From: an uncultured Gemmatimonadales bacterium
GTDB taxonomy: Bacteria; Gemmatimonadota; Gemmatimonadetes; Gemmatimonadales; GWC2-71-9
Length of the DNA stretch: 64,000 nt
Assembly (NCBI GenBank): GCA_963796335.1
Contig: CAWCLG010000006.1
Location: 950,939-1,014,938, forward strand
Direction: 5' to 3'
Part shown: in pieces, positions 45,842 to 54,823 of the stretch
Position numbering within the stretch: position 1 is the stretch's first letter
Layout of the letters: every line of letters begins with the position of its first letter
Program-made: the position numbers and the translations under genes
Notes under the pieces: model-generated
Seen by the model: the letters and a program-made list of their open reading frames with translations, nothing else
Database searches by the model: none
Told to the model about the DNA's origin: nothing

Positions 45842-47902
45842 ATGCGCCGCCCGCTCCGCACCGCCGCCGCGCTTGCCGCCACGCTGGTCGCCGCCGGTCT
45901 CGTGGTCCAGGCCTGCCAGGATCAGGCGGCCATGGCGCCGTTCGAGCCTGATTTGGCCTCCGTCGTCCGGCGAACCCTCAAGGTCACTGGCGGCGGCACC
46001 GGCAGCGGCAGCATCACCGCGCCCGCCAAAGGCGGGGCCCCAGCGCTGAGCTGCGCGGTCTCGGGCGGCAGCTTCGATCCCGACGACTGCACCCTCCGTT
46101 ACAACAACAACACTTCGCTGATCCTCACGGCCAATCCGGCGCCGGGGAGCAAGTTCAAGGAGTGGCGGAACGCCTGCACCGGGACCAGGACGACCTGCAC
46201 CGTGGCCATGGGCCAGAACCGGACGGTTCGGGCGGTCTTCCAGCGCACCACCGCCCCGTCCTACCGGCTCAACCTCACCGGCGGCGGAGACGGCGGCGGC
46301 AGCATCGCCAGCCAGACCGGGCTCGCTCCGGCGATCGCCTGCAGCCTGAACGGCGGGGCGACCCCCGCGGGCACGTGCAGCGCCAGCTACGCCGGCGGAA
46401 CCGCCGTGACGCTGACCGTCACCCCCGCCGCGGGTCACACCTTCACCGGCTGGAGCGGCGACTGCGGCGGCAGCGGCCCCTGCACCCTGGCGATGGGCGC
46501 GAACCGATCGGCCACCGCGAACTTCACGGCGCCGCTGGGCCCTGAGGCCGAGGTGGGTCGGTGGAGTGCTCCGAAGAGCACCCCGATCGTGGGCCTCCAC
46601 TTGACCCTGCTCCGCAATGGCAACGCTCTGTTGTGGGGACACGACGGCGAGGCGCAGGTGTGGAACGCCCAGGGCGAGAACTTTACCCAGGTCGCGAACA
46701 CTGTGTGCAACGATCCGCTGGGATGCGAGCTGTTCTGCAGCGGCCACACGACCCTGTCCGACGGGCGGGTCCTCGTCGCCGGCGGCCACGACGAAGCCCG
46801 CGGGAACACGTACGGCATCACCCAGTCGAGCACCTTCGACATCAACGGCGGATGGCAAGCATCCGGGGCGATGAGCTACGCCCGCTGGTACCCGACCCTG
46901 GTCACTCTGGGGGACGGCAAGGTGGTGGCGCTGTCGGGCAGCCAGGTGGCGGGCCAGAATGCGTCGATTCCTGAGCGCTGGGACGCTGGCGTCTGGACGG
47001 CGCTCACCGGCGCAGATCTCAAGCTCTCCAACTACCCAAGGGCCTTCGTCGAACCAAAGGACGGACGCGTTTTCGTCGTGGGCGACAACATCGTCCAGAT
47101 CCTGGATCCCAATGGCAACGGGTCCTGGTCTCCCGGCCCGGCCCGGCGGGTCGCCAACCGCAACTACGGGGCGGCCGTCATGCTCGACAGCAAGGTGCTC
47201 TACGCCGGCGGTGGCGGGAAAGCGTGCCCGGCCATGCCGGAGCGGAGCGCCGAGATCATCGACTTGGCCGACGCGTCGCCCTCGTGGGCGTTCACCGGGT
47301 CCATGGCGATGGCGCGCCGGCAGGTCAATCTCACGATCCTGCCGGACGGCACCGCGCTGGCCACCGGCGGCACCAGCACCTGCGGACAGAGCGACGAGGC
47401 CGGCGCGGTCTTCTCGGCCGAGCTGTGGGATCCGGGGACGGGGCAGTGGAAGACGCTCGCGAGCGCGGGCGTGGTCCGGGTGTATCACTCGACCGCCATG
47501 CTGCTGCCCGACGCCAGGGTGCTCTCGACCGGCGGCGGCGACGGCGGTGGCGTGACCCCGCAGCGGAGCTACGAGGTCTTCTCGCCCCCGTACCTCTTCA
47601 AGGGCGACCGGCCATCCTACGATCTGGCGTCCACCGATATGCGCTACGGCCAGCCGTTCGCGGTGAGCACGGTGGACGCTGCCTCGATCCGCAAGGTCAC
47701 CATCATTCGGCTGCCATCGACGACCCACGCCGCCGACATGAGCCAGCGGCTGAACACGCTCCAGTTCCAGGTGGCAGGCGGCGGATTGACCCTCACACCG
47801 CCGGCGGACGGGCGGACGGCGCCGCCGGGACCCTACATGCTGTTCCTGGTGAACGAGGCCGGCGTGCCGTCGGTGGCGCAGACGGTGATGCTGTCGAACT
47901 GA
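45842..47902 (+). CDS. galactose-oxidase/glyoxal-oxidase-like lipoprotein (Kelch propeller + C-terminal E-set) with two N-terminal B-repeat domains
   Basis: Lipobox GLVVQAC. B-repeat stretch FTGWSGDCGGSGPCTLAMGANRSATANF. Propeller stretches LFCSGHTTLSDGRVLVAGG, RWYPTLVTLGDGKVVALSG and RVYHSTAMLLPDARVLSTGGG. DUF1929-like tail IRLPSTTHAADMSQR...APPGPYMLFLV. Confidence 0.8.
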   Translation: MRRPLRTAAALAATLVAAGLVVQACQDQAAMAPFEPDLASVVRRTLKVTGGGTGSGSITAPAKGGAPALSCAVSGGSFDPDDCTLRYNNNTSLILTANPAPGSKFKEWRNACTGTRTTCTVAMGQNRTVRAVFQRTTAPSYRLNLTGGGDGGGSIASQTGLAPAIACSLNGGATPAGTCSASYAGGTAVTLTVTPAAGHTFTGWSGDCGGSGPCTLAMGANRSATANFTAPLGPEAEVGRWSAPKSTPIVGLHLTLLRNGNALLWGHDGEAQVWNAQGENFTQVANTVCNDPLGCELFCSGHTTLSDGRVLVAGGHDEARGNTYGITQSSTFDINGGWQASGAMSYARWYPTLVTLGDGKVVALSGSQVAGQNASIPERWDAGVWTALTGADLKLSNYPRAFVEPKDGRVFVVGDNIVQILDPNGNGSWSPGPARRVANRNYGAAVMLDSKVLYAGGGGKACPAMPERSAEIIDLADASPSWAFTGSMAMARRQVNLTILPDGTALATGGTSTCGQSDEAGAVFSAELWDPGTGQWKTLASAGVVRVYHSTAMLLPDARVLSTGGGDGGGVTPQRSYEVFSPPYLFKGDRPSYDLASTDMRYGQPFAVSTVDAASIRKVTIIRLPSTTHAADMSQRLNTLQFQVAGGGLTLTPPADGRTAPPGPYMLFLVNEAGVPSVAQTVMLSN

Positions 47903-48009
47903 GCAGTTGAGAACCAGTTGAGATCAGAGTGAGCGGGTAACCGTAGCATCCGGGCCAGAACACGACGCCGCGACGACGGCGATCCACTTCTCACCGCCCG
48001 GAGGTTCCG

Positions 48010-49098
48010 ATGTTCCGCAGCCCTGCTCGCCGAGGCACCCGCGCCGTTGCGCTGGCGCTCCTCACGATGGCCGCCCTCTTCGCCGGTGCCTGCGGCAAGG
48101 ACGGCAGCGGCGGTCCGACCGATCCCATCCCGAATGACCCCGATCCCTCCGATCCGACGGGTCCCGCCGAGTGGCCGGCGCCGGTCGGCTACACGGTGTA
48201 TGCGGTCGATATCCGGAACAACTTCCTCACCTTCGGCACCGAGAGCTTCGACGTGCTGAGCGGTGCGGAGCGGATCTCCGGGCTTCCGATCCTCAAGCGG
48301 ATCATCGGCATCGTCTATCGACCGTCGGACGGCAAGCTCTATGGCGTCGGCAACGACAGCCGGGTCTACACCATCAATCCGGCGACCGCCGTGGCGACGC
48401 CGGTCAGCGAGACCCAGTTCTCGCCCAAGATCGTCGATTTCTTCGAGGTCCACTTCGCGATGGCGCTGGAGCCCAACGGCAACCGGGTGCGCCTCATCTC
48501 CACCGAGGGCGGCGGGAGCTGGTCGATCAGCCTCGACGACGGCACCGCCACCGAGCGCGCACCGATGCAGTTCGTCGCGGGTGACCCGCACGAGGGCGAG
48601 ACGCCGCACATCGCCGCGCTGATGTTCGTGACGGCGCCCGCGGGCGTCCGCATGGCGGGCTCGATGTCGGATCCCTGCACCGAGACGATGTACATGATCG
48701 ATCCCGACATGGCGGAGTACATCGGGTCCTGCGGGGACACGGGCGACCTCGGCTCGCTCGGGCCGCTGCCCGAGACCTGGGCCCGCTGCATGGAGACGCT
48801 GGTCAACCCCGATGGCTCCGTGAATCCTTCGGAGGGCAATCCCTACGGCTTCGGCGGCTCGTTCGTGGCGGCGATGCGGGGGGTGGACGAGGTCAACAGC
48901 TGGGGCACCGTGAACGACGACGGCACCGTGACCTGGCACGGGATGACGAGGGGCGAGGCGATCCAGACCGCGACGACGGTGCCGAGCGGCACGTCTGACC
49001 TGGCTTGGCCGAGCTCGAAGAAGCGGGTGCAGTACGAGCCGCAGCTGTCGGTGGCCGAGGGCAGCGATCCTCGGGCCCGGTGCGGGGGAGGGAGCTGA
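48010..49098 (+). CDS. DUF4394-domain lipoprotein
   Basis: Lipobox ALFAGAC. IIGIVYRPSDGKLYGVGNDSRVYTINPATAVATPV matches the DUF4394 repeat signature. Confidence 0.7.
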   Translation: MFRSPARRGTRAVALALLTMAALFAGACGKDGSGGPTDPIPNDPDPSDPTGPAEWPAPVGYTVYAVDIRNNFLTFGTESFDVLSGAERISGLPILKRIIGIVYRPSDGKLYGVGNDSRVYTINPATAVATPVSETQFSPKIVDFFEVHFAMALEPNGNRVRLISTEGGGSWSISLDDGTATERAPMQFVAGDPHEGETPHIAALMFVTAPAGVRMAGSMSDPCTETMYMIDPDMAEYIGSCGDTGDLGSLGPLPETWARCMETLVNPDGSVNPSEGNPYGFGGSFVAAMRGVDEVNSWGTVNDDGTVTWHGMTRGEAIQTATTVPSGTSDLAWPSSKKRVQYEPQLSVAEGSDPRARCGGGS

Positions 49099-49102
49099 GC
49101 GC

Positions 49103-49642
49103 TCAGCTCCCCGGGCGTGCCGGAGTGATCAATGTTGATTGATGAGCGTAGCCCATCACTTCTCCCTCGAGCGCGACTCGGTACCACCCGCGCTCGAGGG
49201 AGTCGGCATAGACGGTATCGCCGGGGGTGAGCACGGCTTCGAGCGCGGCGTCCTTGCTGCGGCTCTGGCGCACATGGGTCCAGGTGGGTGCGACGAGATA
49301 TCCGCCGACGATCACCGACGTGTCCGGATGCGACGTCAACGGCGCCGCGGCGGTACCGGCGTAGGCTACCTCGGAGTATGCGGCGGCGGAATCCGCCGCG
49401 GTCTGGCTGGAGAGCTGGTCGGGGGCAGGGCCGCCCGGGAACAGGTCAATGGCGGCGAGAGCGATCACGACGACGGCAAGCACCACCGGCAGGTTGGGCG
49501 ACACGAAACGACGCAGGTCGGGGACCGGACTGTCCTCCGGCTCTTCGGGGAGCGGGAACGGCCGGCCGCAGCCGGGGCACCTGGTGGCGATGGACAGCGC
49601 CCGCTTGCCGCACTCCTCGCACTGCTTGTAGGACCCGCCCAT
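49103..49642 (-). CDS. zinc-ribbon / single-TM / SH3-like domain protein
   Basis: CEECGKRALSIATRCPGCG (CxxC...CxxC), TM segment NLPVVLAVVVIALAAIDLF, and a C-terminal SH3_3-like stretch LTPGDTVYADSLERGWYRVALEGEVMGYAH. Confidence 0.6.
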   Translation of the reverse strand: MGGSYKQCEECGKRALSIATRCPGCGRPFPLPEEPEDSPVPDLRRFVSPNLPVVLAVVVIALAAIDLFPGGPAPDQLSSQTAADSAAAYSEVAYAGTAAAPLTSHPDTSVIVGGYLVAPTWTHVRQSRSKDAALEAVLTPGDTVYADSLERGWYRVALEGEVMGYAHQSTLITPARPGS

Positions 49643-49782
49643 CAACGCCGCTCCGCTCCTGTTGCGCCCAGACCCGGCCGGCCGGGCGTAAGTGCCCGGC
49701 CGCGGGTCCCTCGGAACCATGAAGGCTGGTGGATGGAGGCGGGAGAGGCAAGTCAGGTGCCAGGGTAGAAGCCCCTTGCGGG

Positions 49783-52122
49783 CTATCGCCCCACCTTCCG
49801 TCGCAGGGACTCGAATCGCTGGTCTCCTTGCAGCGGATCGAGCTGGGGATCGACGGCCAGAAACGCCATCGAGTGCGCGCGCTCGCCGTACGCCCGGTCC
49901 AGCCAATCCATGGCCGTCTGCCGGTCACCCACGGCCAGATACGCCTTCGCGATCTCATAGGAGGGCACGTAGTGCTCCCCCGGCTCGGCCAGCCTGGTGA
50001 GGATCGCCCGCGCCGAATCGCGCTGCCCGGCCGTACCCAGCACATGGGCCAGGGCCACCCGGGTAAGCGGGGTACCCCTGGAGAGCCGGACGGCCTGGTC
50101 GATCTCGGCTCGCGCCGAATCCATCTGACCGAGCTGCTCGAACGCCTGTCCTCTCCAGAGGTGCGCCAGCTCGAAGTCGGGATTCAACTCGAGCGTGCGG
50201 CTGAACTGCGCGGAGGCCTGGTGGAACTCACGGGCGTAGTAGAGGCTCCAGCCCAGGGCGGCGTTGGCGATGAGGGATAGCGGATCGCGCTCCTGTGCCT
50301 CTCGCATTTGGGCGACGGCTTCGGAGAAGCGGCCCATCGCAGTGAGGTGATTGCCGTACCATTGGTGCGCCGTGGAGTACGCGGGATCCAGCGCGATCGC
50401 GCGGCGAAACTCCTCCTCCGCCGCGGCCCAGCGCCAGTCGTAATAGAGGTGGACGTAGCCCAGTGTCGCATGGGGAGCCGCCAGCCCCGGGTCCAGCTCC
50501 AGGGCGCGGCGCGCGGTGCGCTCCGCCGCCGGAAACGCTTCGCGCGGGGGCAAGTAGTCGTAGAAGCCGGAGACCGCGTAGGCGTCGGCCAGCCCGGCGT
50601 GGGCTCGGGCCCAATGCGGCGCGCGCTTGGCGGCCTGACGCAACAGATCGACCGCCGTCAGCAGGCTGGCGGCCGTCCGCCGGTGCCAGGCGTAGCGGCC
50701 CTTGAGATAGAGATCGTAGGACTCGGCATCGGGTGCGGCCCCGCGTTCGACCTCGGGAGCCGCGATGCCGGCGCCGAGGTTCCCTCGGAGCCGCGCCGCG
50801 ACCTCCTCGGCGATCGCCTGCTGCACCGCGAAAGCATCCTCGAAATCGCGCTCGTAGGTCTCGGACCAGAGCTGGTAGCCCTGGGCGGTCTCCACCAGGC
50901 GAGTGGTGACCCGAAGCCGCGGCCCCATCTTCCGCACGCTCCCCTCCAGCACCGCGCCGACACTCAGCCTGCGGCCGACTTCCCGCACATCGACCCGCTG
51001 GCCCTTGAAGGAGAAGGCGGAGGTGTGCGCCGCGACCCGGAGCCCTTCCATCCGGCCGAGGGCGGCGCCGATCTCCTCGGTGATCCCGTCGCTCAGATAT
51101 TCCACGTCGGCGTCGGCGCTCAGGTTCTCGAAGGGAAGCACGGCCATCGTGGTGATGGGCGCCGCCGGTTCGGCGGCGGTGTGCAGCCGACTGAAGACGA
51201 CGAGGGATGCGACGGTGATGGCGGAGGCGGCGGCGATCAGCGGGAGCCGACGGTGAGGGGCGGCGGAAGCGGCGGAAGCGGCGGTTGCGGCGGTTGCGGC
51301 TGTTGCGTGTGTGGCTTTGGCTGATTCTACGAAGGTCGGGATCGCGGCGTCCGCCGTAACCACCGCAACCGCCGTATCCGCCGTAACCGCCCCCGCCGCC
51401 TCCGGCGGCAGGAGCGGCGCCGTCAGCATCTGATGAGCCAGCGCGGTCACCTCGGGATCGGGCGGGGCGGCAAGTTCCAACTGCAGCAGCCTGCCGTGCA
51501 GGCCGGCGTGCTGGATCGCCGCGGGCCGGTCGCCGGAGCGCTCCAGTGCCCGCATCAGGCGCAGGGCGATCCGGGAGCTGAACCGGTCGTGCGCCGAAAC
51601 CCGACGCCACCAGCGCACCGCCCCTTTCCACTCACCCGCCCGCTCGGCCGATTCCGCCAGCCGTTCGACCGCGGCCCCGAACTCGTCGGCGAGCCGCCGC
51701 CGCTCGCTCTCGATCCACCGCTCCAGCTCTTCGCCCTCCGGCACGAAGAACCCGTCCAGGAACGGACCGGCATAGAGCGCGACCGCCGCCTCGTCCTCGC
51801 CCCGGGCGATGGCATCCTCGAACTGGCCTACGTCGGAGGGAAGGTCGGGGGAGAGCCGGAGCCCGTCCCCGGCGGCGAGGATGGCTTCGCGCTCGAGGGC
51901 CTGATTGATCCGGTAGACCGAATCGGACAGGAGATGGCGGGCGCGTTCGGCATCGGCCTCGGGCCAGAGGTAGGCGAGCAGCTTGTCGCGGCTCATCCCC
52001 CGGTCCCGGGCCGACGCGAGCAGGGCGGCGAGCGCCAAGCGCCGGCGCTGGACCGCCCGCCCGGTCATCGGGCCCGCGGGCGACACCAGGGCCGCCCCAC
52101 CGAACAGCTTGAGACAAAACAT
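49783..52122 (-). CDS. SARP/BTAD regulator with TM, TolB-like module and TPR region
   Basis: MFCLKLFGGAALVS...QRRRLALAALLA...LYAGPFLDGFFVPEGEELERW...IALRLMRAL, then the TM, then AVLPFENLSADADVEYLSDGITEEIGAAL...LRVTTRLVETAQGYQLWSETY, followed by TPR repeats. The ORF is intact at 779 aa. Confidence 0.85.
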   Translation of the reverse strand: MFCLKLFGGAALVSPAGPMTGRAVQRRRLALAALLASARDRGMSRDKLLAYLWPEADAERARHLLSDSVYRINQALEREAILAAGDGLRLSPDLPSDVGQFEDAIARGEDEAAVALYAGPFLDGFFVPEGEELERWIESERRRLADEFGAAVERLAESAERAGEWKGAVRWWRRVSAHDRFSSRIALRLMRALERSGDRPAAIQHAGLHGRLLQLELAAPPDPEVTALAHQMLTAPLLPPEAAGAVTADTAVAVVTADAAIPTFVESAKATHATAATAATAASAASAAPHRRLPLIAAASAITVASLVVFSRLHTAAEPAAPITTMAVLPFENLSADADVEYLSDGITEEIGAALGRMEGLRVAAHTSAFSFKGQRVDVREVGRRLSVGAVLEGSVRKMGPRLRVTTRLVETAQGYQLWSETYERDFEDAFAVQQAIAEEVAARLRGNLGAGIAAPEVERGAAPDAESYDLYLKGRYAWHRRTAASLLTAVDLLRQAAKRAPHWARAHAGLADAYAVSGFYDYLPPREAFPAAERTARRALELDPGLAAPHATLGYVHLYYDWRWAAAEEEFRRAIALDPAYSTAHQWYGNHLTAMGRFSEAVAQMREAQERDPLSLIANAALGWSLYYAREFHQASAQFSRTLELNPDFELAHLWRGQAFEQLGQMDSARAEIDQAVRLSRGTPLTRVALAHVLGTAGQRDSARAILTRLAEPGEHYVPSYEIAKAYLAVGDRQTAMDWLDRAYGERAHSMAFLAVDPQLDPLQGDQRFESLRRKVGR
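51260..51307. repeat. tandem 9-bp repeat (5 units) inside the SARP linker
   Basis: GCGGCGGAA x2, GCGGCGGTT x2 and GCGGCTGTT encode TAATAATAASAASAA on the minus strand. A second 9-bp array lies at about 51351-51390. Confidence 0.7.
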
Positions 52123-52246
52123 GTTGGAAGATGGCGAGAGGCAGCCGACGACCCGGCGAGAGCCGGGCGACGGACGACTCCTATTCTACCCCCGCGATCC
52201 GCCGGTACAAGCGCGGATCCGTTCCCCACATCACGGAGGTAGGTCC

Positions 52247-52795
52247 ATGTCTTCCCGTTCTCGTGTCCTCCGCGCCCTGGCGGCGGTCCTGGTCCTGGGC
52301 TGCGGCGAGGCCGCCGGTCCGCAGCCCCAAGAGTCCGCGGCGCTCATCCCCGCGACCGCGCTGGACGACGCCAGCACTCAGGGCTCGATCAGCATCAAGC
52401 TGGACCGGCTGCGCGAGCTCCTCGCCCCGTTCCACCGGTTCGAGGCGGCCCGGGCCGCCGGCTGGTCGGAGCAGATCACCGGCTGCCTGGCTGATCCCCA
52501 GCTCGGCGGGATGGGATTCCACTACGGGAATCCCGGCCTGATCGACGGCAAGGTGAAGCTGATGGAGCCGGAGCTGCTGCTGTACCAGCCGCTGGATAAC
52601 GGTCGCTTCAAGCTGGTGGCGGTGGAGTACATCGTGCCGTTCGACGCCTGGACCCGTCCGGGACCGCCCCGGCTGCTCGGCCAAGTGTTCAAGCGCAACG
52701 AGGCGTTCGGAATCTGGGCCCTGCACATCTGGCTCTGGGGCCACAACCCGAGCGGGCGGTTCGCCGACTGGAACCCCCACATCCACTGTCCCTGA
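52247..52795 (+). CDS. lipoprotein, unknown function
   Basis: ATG 52247 follows GGAGG. Lipobox LAAVLVLGC. The ORF is intact. Confidence 0.6.
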   Translation: MSSRSRVLRALAAVLVLGCGEAAGPQPQESAALIPATALDDASTQGSISIKLDRLRELLAPFHRFEAARAAGWSEQITGCLADPQLGGMGFHYGNPGLIDGKVKLMEPELLLYQPLDNGRFKLVAVEYIVPFDAWTRPGPPRLLGQVFKRNEAFGIWALHIWLWGHNPSGRFADWNPHIHCP

Positions 52796-52811
52796 GTCTC
52801 TCGCGGATCAA

Positions 52812-53120
52812 TTGAAAGGGGTGTCTCCAGTGCGCAGGTATCTGATCGAGCGGACCATTCCCGGAGCCGGCCAGCTCACCGCGGCCGACCGGCAGGTGAT
52901 CGCCCGGAAGTCGTGCGACGTGCTGCTGCAGCTCGGCCCGGAGATCCAGTGGGTCGAGAGTTACGTGACCGACGACCGGTTCTTCTGCGTCTATCTCGCT
53001 CGGGACGCGGAGATGATCCGGGAGCACGCCAGGCGTGGCGGGTTCCCGGCCGACCGGATTCAGGAGGTGTACACGATCGTGGATCCCACGACGGCGGAGG
53101 CCGAGATCCCGGTCGCCTGA
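52812..53120 (+). CDS. DUF4242-family protein
   Basis: RRYLIERTIPGAGQLTAADRQVIARKSCDVLLQLGPEIQWVESYVTDDRFFCVYLARDAEMIREHARRGGFPADRIQEVYTIVDPTTAE. An alternative GTG start lies at 52830. Confidence 0.65.
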   Translation: MKGVSPVRRYLIERTIPGAGQLTAADRQVIARKSCDVLLQLGPEIQWVESYVTDDRFFCVYLARDAEMIREHARRGGFPADRIQEVYTIVDPTTAEAEIPVA

Positions 53121-54566
53121 TCACTCCAGGTAGCGGAGGTCCATGTCGTCCTGGCCCTGGTACGCCACCGCCACCCGGCCGGTTCCATCGACCGCGATGG
53201 AGGTGTACTGCCCCACCTGGCCGTTCTGATCCAGCCCCGCGGTCTGCCAACCGCCTTCGGTTGTGCAGGCCGCGGCGCAGGTCGCGTACATGAGGTCGGC
53301 GTTGGTGTCATCGTAGTAGCTGATGTGCAGACGGCCGCCGTCATCCAGCGCGAGCGACGCGAATCTGCCCGCATTCCCGGTCCCGTCGACGATCACCGAG
53401 GTCCAGTTGGCCTCGGTGGTGCACTCTGAGGCGCACCCGATATATCGGAGCTCGTCGTTACGGCGGTACGCGATGTGAATCCCGCCGCTGGGATCCGCCT
53501 TGAGACTGGAATAGATGCCGAGGTCGTCGATAGTGATGGCCGTCCAGTTGGCGTCGGTGGTGCATCCGGCGGCGCACGTGGCGTACTTGAGGCTCGCGGC
53601 GGTGAACTCGTGGTAGCCGATGTGGAGGCGTCCCGTACCATCGATCGCGATCGAGGCGGAAAAGCCGCCCCCGGCGGTCAGGTCGATCCCGCCGGAAGTC
53701 CAGTTGCCGGCGTCGGTGCACTCCCCGCCGCAGGTGGCGTATTTGAGCTCACCGTTGTCGAGGTCGTAGTAGCTCGCGTGGAGTCGTCCGTTCGACCCGA
53801 TCGCCAGCGTTCCGTAGAGTCCGACGTTGCCCGGTTCATCAACCGCCACGGTGGTCCAGTTGGCCGCGTTGGTGCAGTCGGCGGCGCAGGTGGCGTACTT
53901 GAGATCCTCGTTGATTCCATCCACGTAGGTCACATGCAGCCCGCCGTTCGCGTCCGCCACGATCGACGGGTTCAGGCCCACGATTCCGTCCTCGTCCACC
54001 GTGACTCCCGACCAGCTGGCCGCGGAGGTGCAGTCCGCGCTGCAGGTCGAGTATCGCAGCCGGCTGCCGATCTGCTCGTAGTGGGCGACGTGACGCACGC
54101 CATCGCCGTCCAGCGTCAGGGAAGCCGTGAATCCCGCGGATCCATCCGCTTCCGCCGCGACTGCCTGGGGCGCCCCGGTGGTGAAGGTCCATTCCTCCGG
54201 CGCCGACAAAGGACCGCCGTCCTCATCGGTGATGCCCTCCGCCAGGTCGACCTGGTACTGGCCCAGCGGCAGCAGCGGAGCCACCAGGCGCGCGGTGCGG
54301 GTCGCGTCGTCGTAGGTCACGCCGGCCGGGAGGGGATTCCCGCCGGCCCGGAGCCGGAAGGTCGCCGCGTTCAGCGTCGCGGGATCGAGCGGCCGGTTGA
54401 AGGTGGCCGTGACGGAGACGCCGAAGGGGACCGCGTCGGCGCCGTCGGCTGGGCTCACGGCGGTCACCGCCAGCGGGTCGGGCTCCCCGGGATCGTTCGA
54501 GTCGCTGCCGCAGGCGGGCAGGAGGCTTAGCAAAAGACAGAACAGCAGGTTGGCGATCCGTCGCAT
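53121..54566 (-). CDS. paralog of 26870..28342, a lipoprotein with an Ig-like domain and six YATC(x3)C...NW repeats
   Basis: Lipobox LLLSLLPAC. Repeats LRYSTCSADCTSAASW, LKYATCAADCTNAANW, LKYATCGGECTDAGNW, LKYATCAAGCTTDANW, LRYIGCASECTTEANW and LMYATCAAACTTEGGW, with a terminal LRYLE. Confidence 0.8.
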   Translation of the reverse strand: MRRIANLLFCLLLSLLPACGSDSNDPGEPDPLAVTAVSPADGADAVPFGVSVTATFNRPLDPATLNAATFRLRAGGNPLPAGVTYDDATRTARLVAPLLPLGQYQVDLAEGITDEDGGPLSAPEEWTFTTGAPQAVAAEADGSAGFTASLTLDGDGVRHVAHYEQIGSRLRYSTCSADCTSAASWSGVTVDEDGIVGLNPSIVADANGGLHVTYVDGINEDLKYATCAADCTNAANWTTVAVDEPGNVGLYGTLAIGSNGRLHASYYDLDNGELKYATCGGECTDAGNWTSGGIDLTAGGGFSASIAIDGTGRLHIGYHEFTAASLKYATCAAGCTTDANWTAITIDDLGIYSSLKADPSGGIHIAYRRNDELRYIGCASECTTEANWTSVIVDGTGNAGRFASLALDDGGRLHISYYDDTNADLMYATCAAACTTEGGWQTAGLDQNGQVGQYTSIAVDGTGRVAVAYQGQDDMDLRYLE

Positions 54567-54603
54567 GGACGAACTCCGGTTGGAGATGCGGGACTACGGC
54601 GCC

Positions 54604-54660
54604 AGTATGCCACGCCGCCGTCTCCGCAACGCCCCCTGCCCGTCACCCCGGAGGTGACGG
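54604..54660 (-). promoter_or_regulatory. conserved promoter block with GTCAC-N7-GTGAC palindrome (copy B)
   Basis: In gene orientation it reads CCGTCACCTCCGGGGTGACGGGCAGGGGGCGTTGCGGAGACGGCGGCGTGGCATACT. It lies 37 nt upstream of ATG 54566. Confidence 0.45.
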
Positions 54661-54823
54661 AATGGTGGAACGGTAGAAGCGTTCATGCTGAGCGGGGTAC
54701 GTCCTCCACTCCGAACCGAGTGGTGATGGGGTACTCCGCTTGTCCGTCCGCCTTGCGTGACCCAGCCGCGCCGTCGTATTCGTTCCCCAACCTTCCAATC
54801 CTCCCTACATCCCGGCCGGGTCG

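Noticed and set aside
47903-47935. A direct repeat CAGTTGAGA-AC-CAGTTGAGA just after the galactose-oxidase-like gene
   Set aside because: It has only two 9-nt units, no hairpin and no recurrence elsewhere in the window. It is too short to distinguish from chance.
54604-54620. Reading GTGGCATACTGGCGCC as a sigma54 -24/-12 promoter
   Set aside because: The GG-to-GC spacing is off by one in copy B and by two in copy C relative to TGGCAC-N5-TTGC, and the -12 TTGC element is absent.
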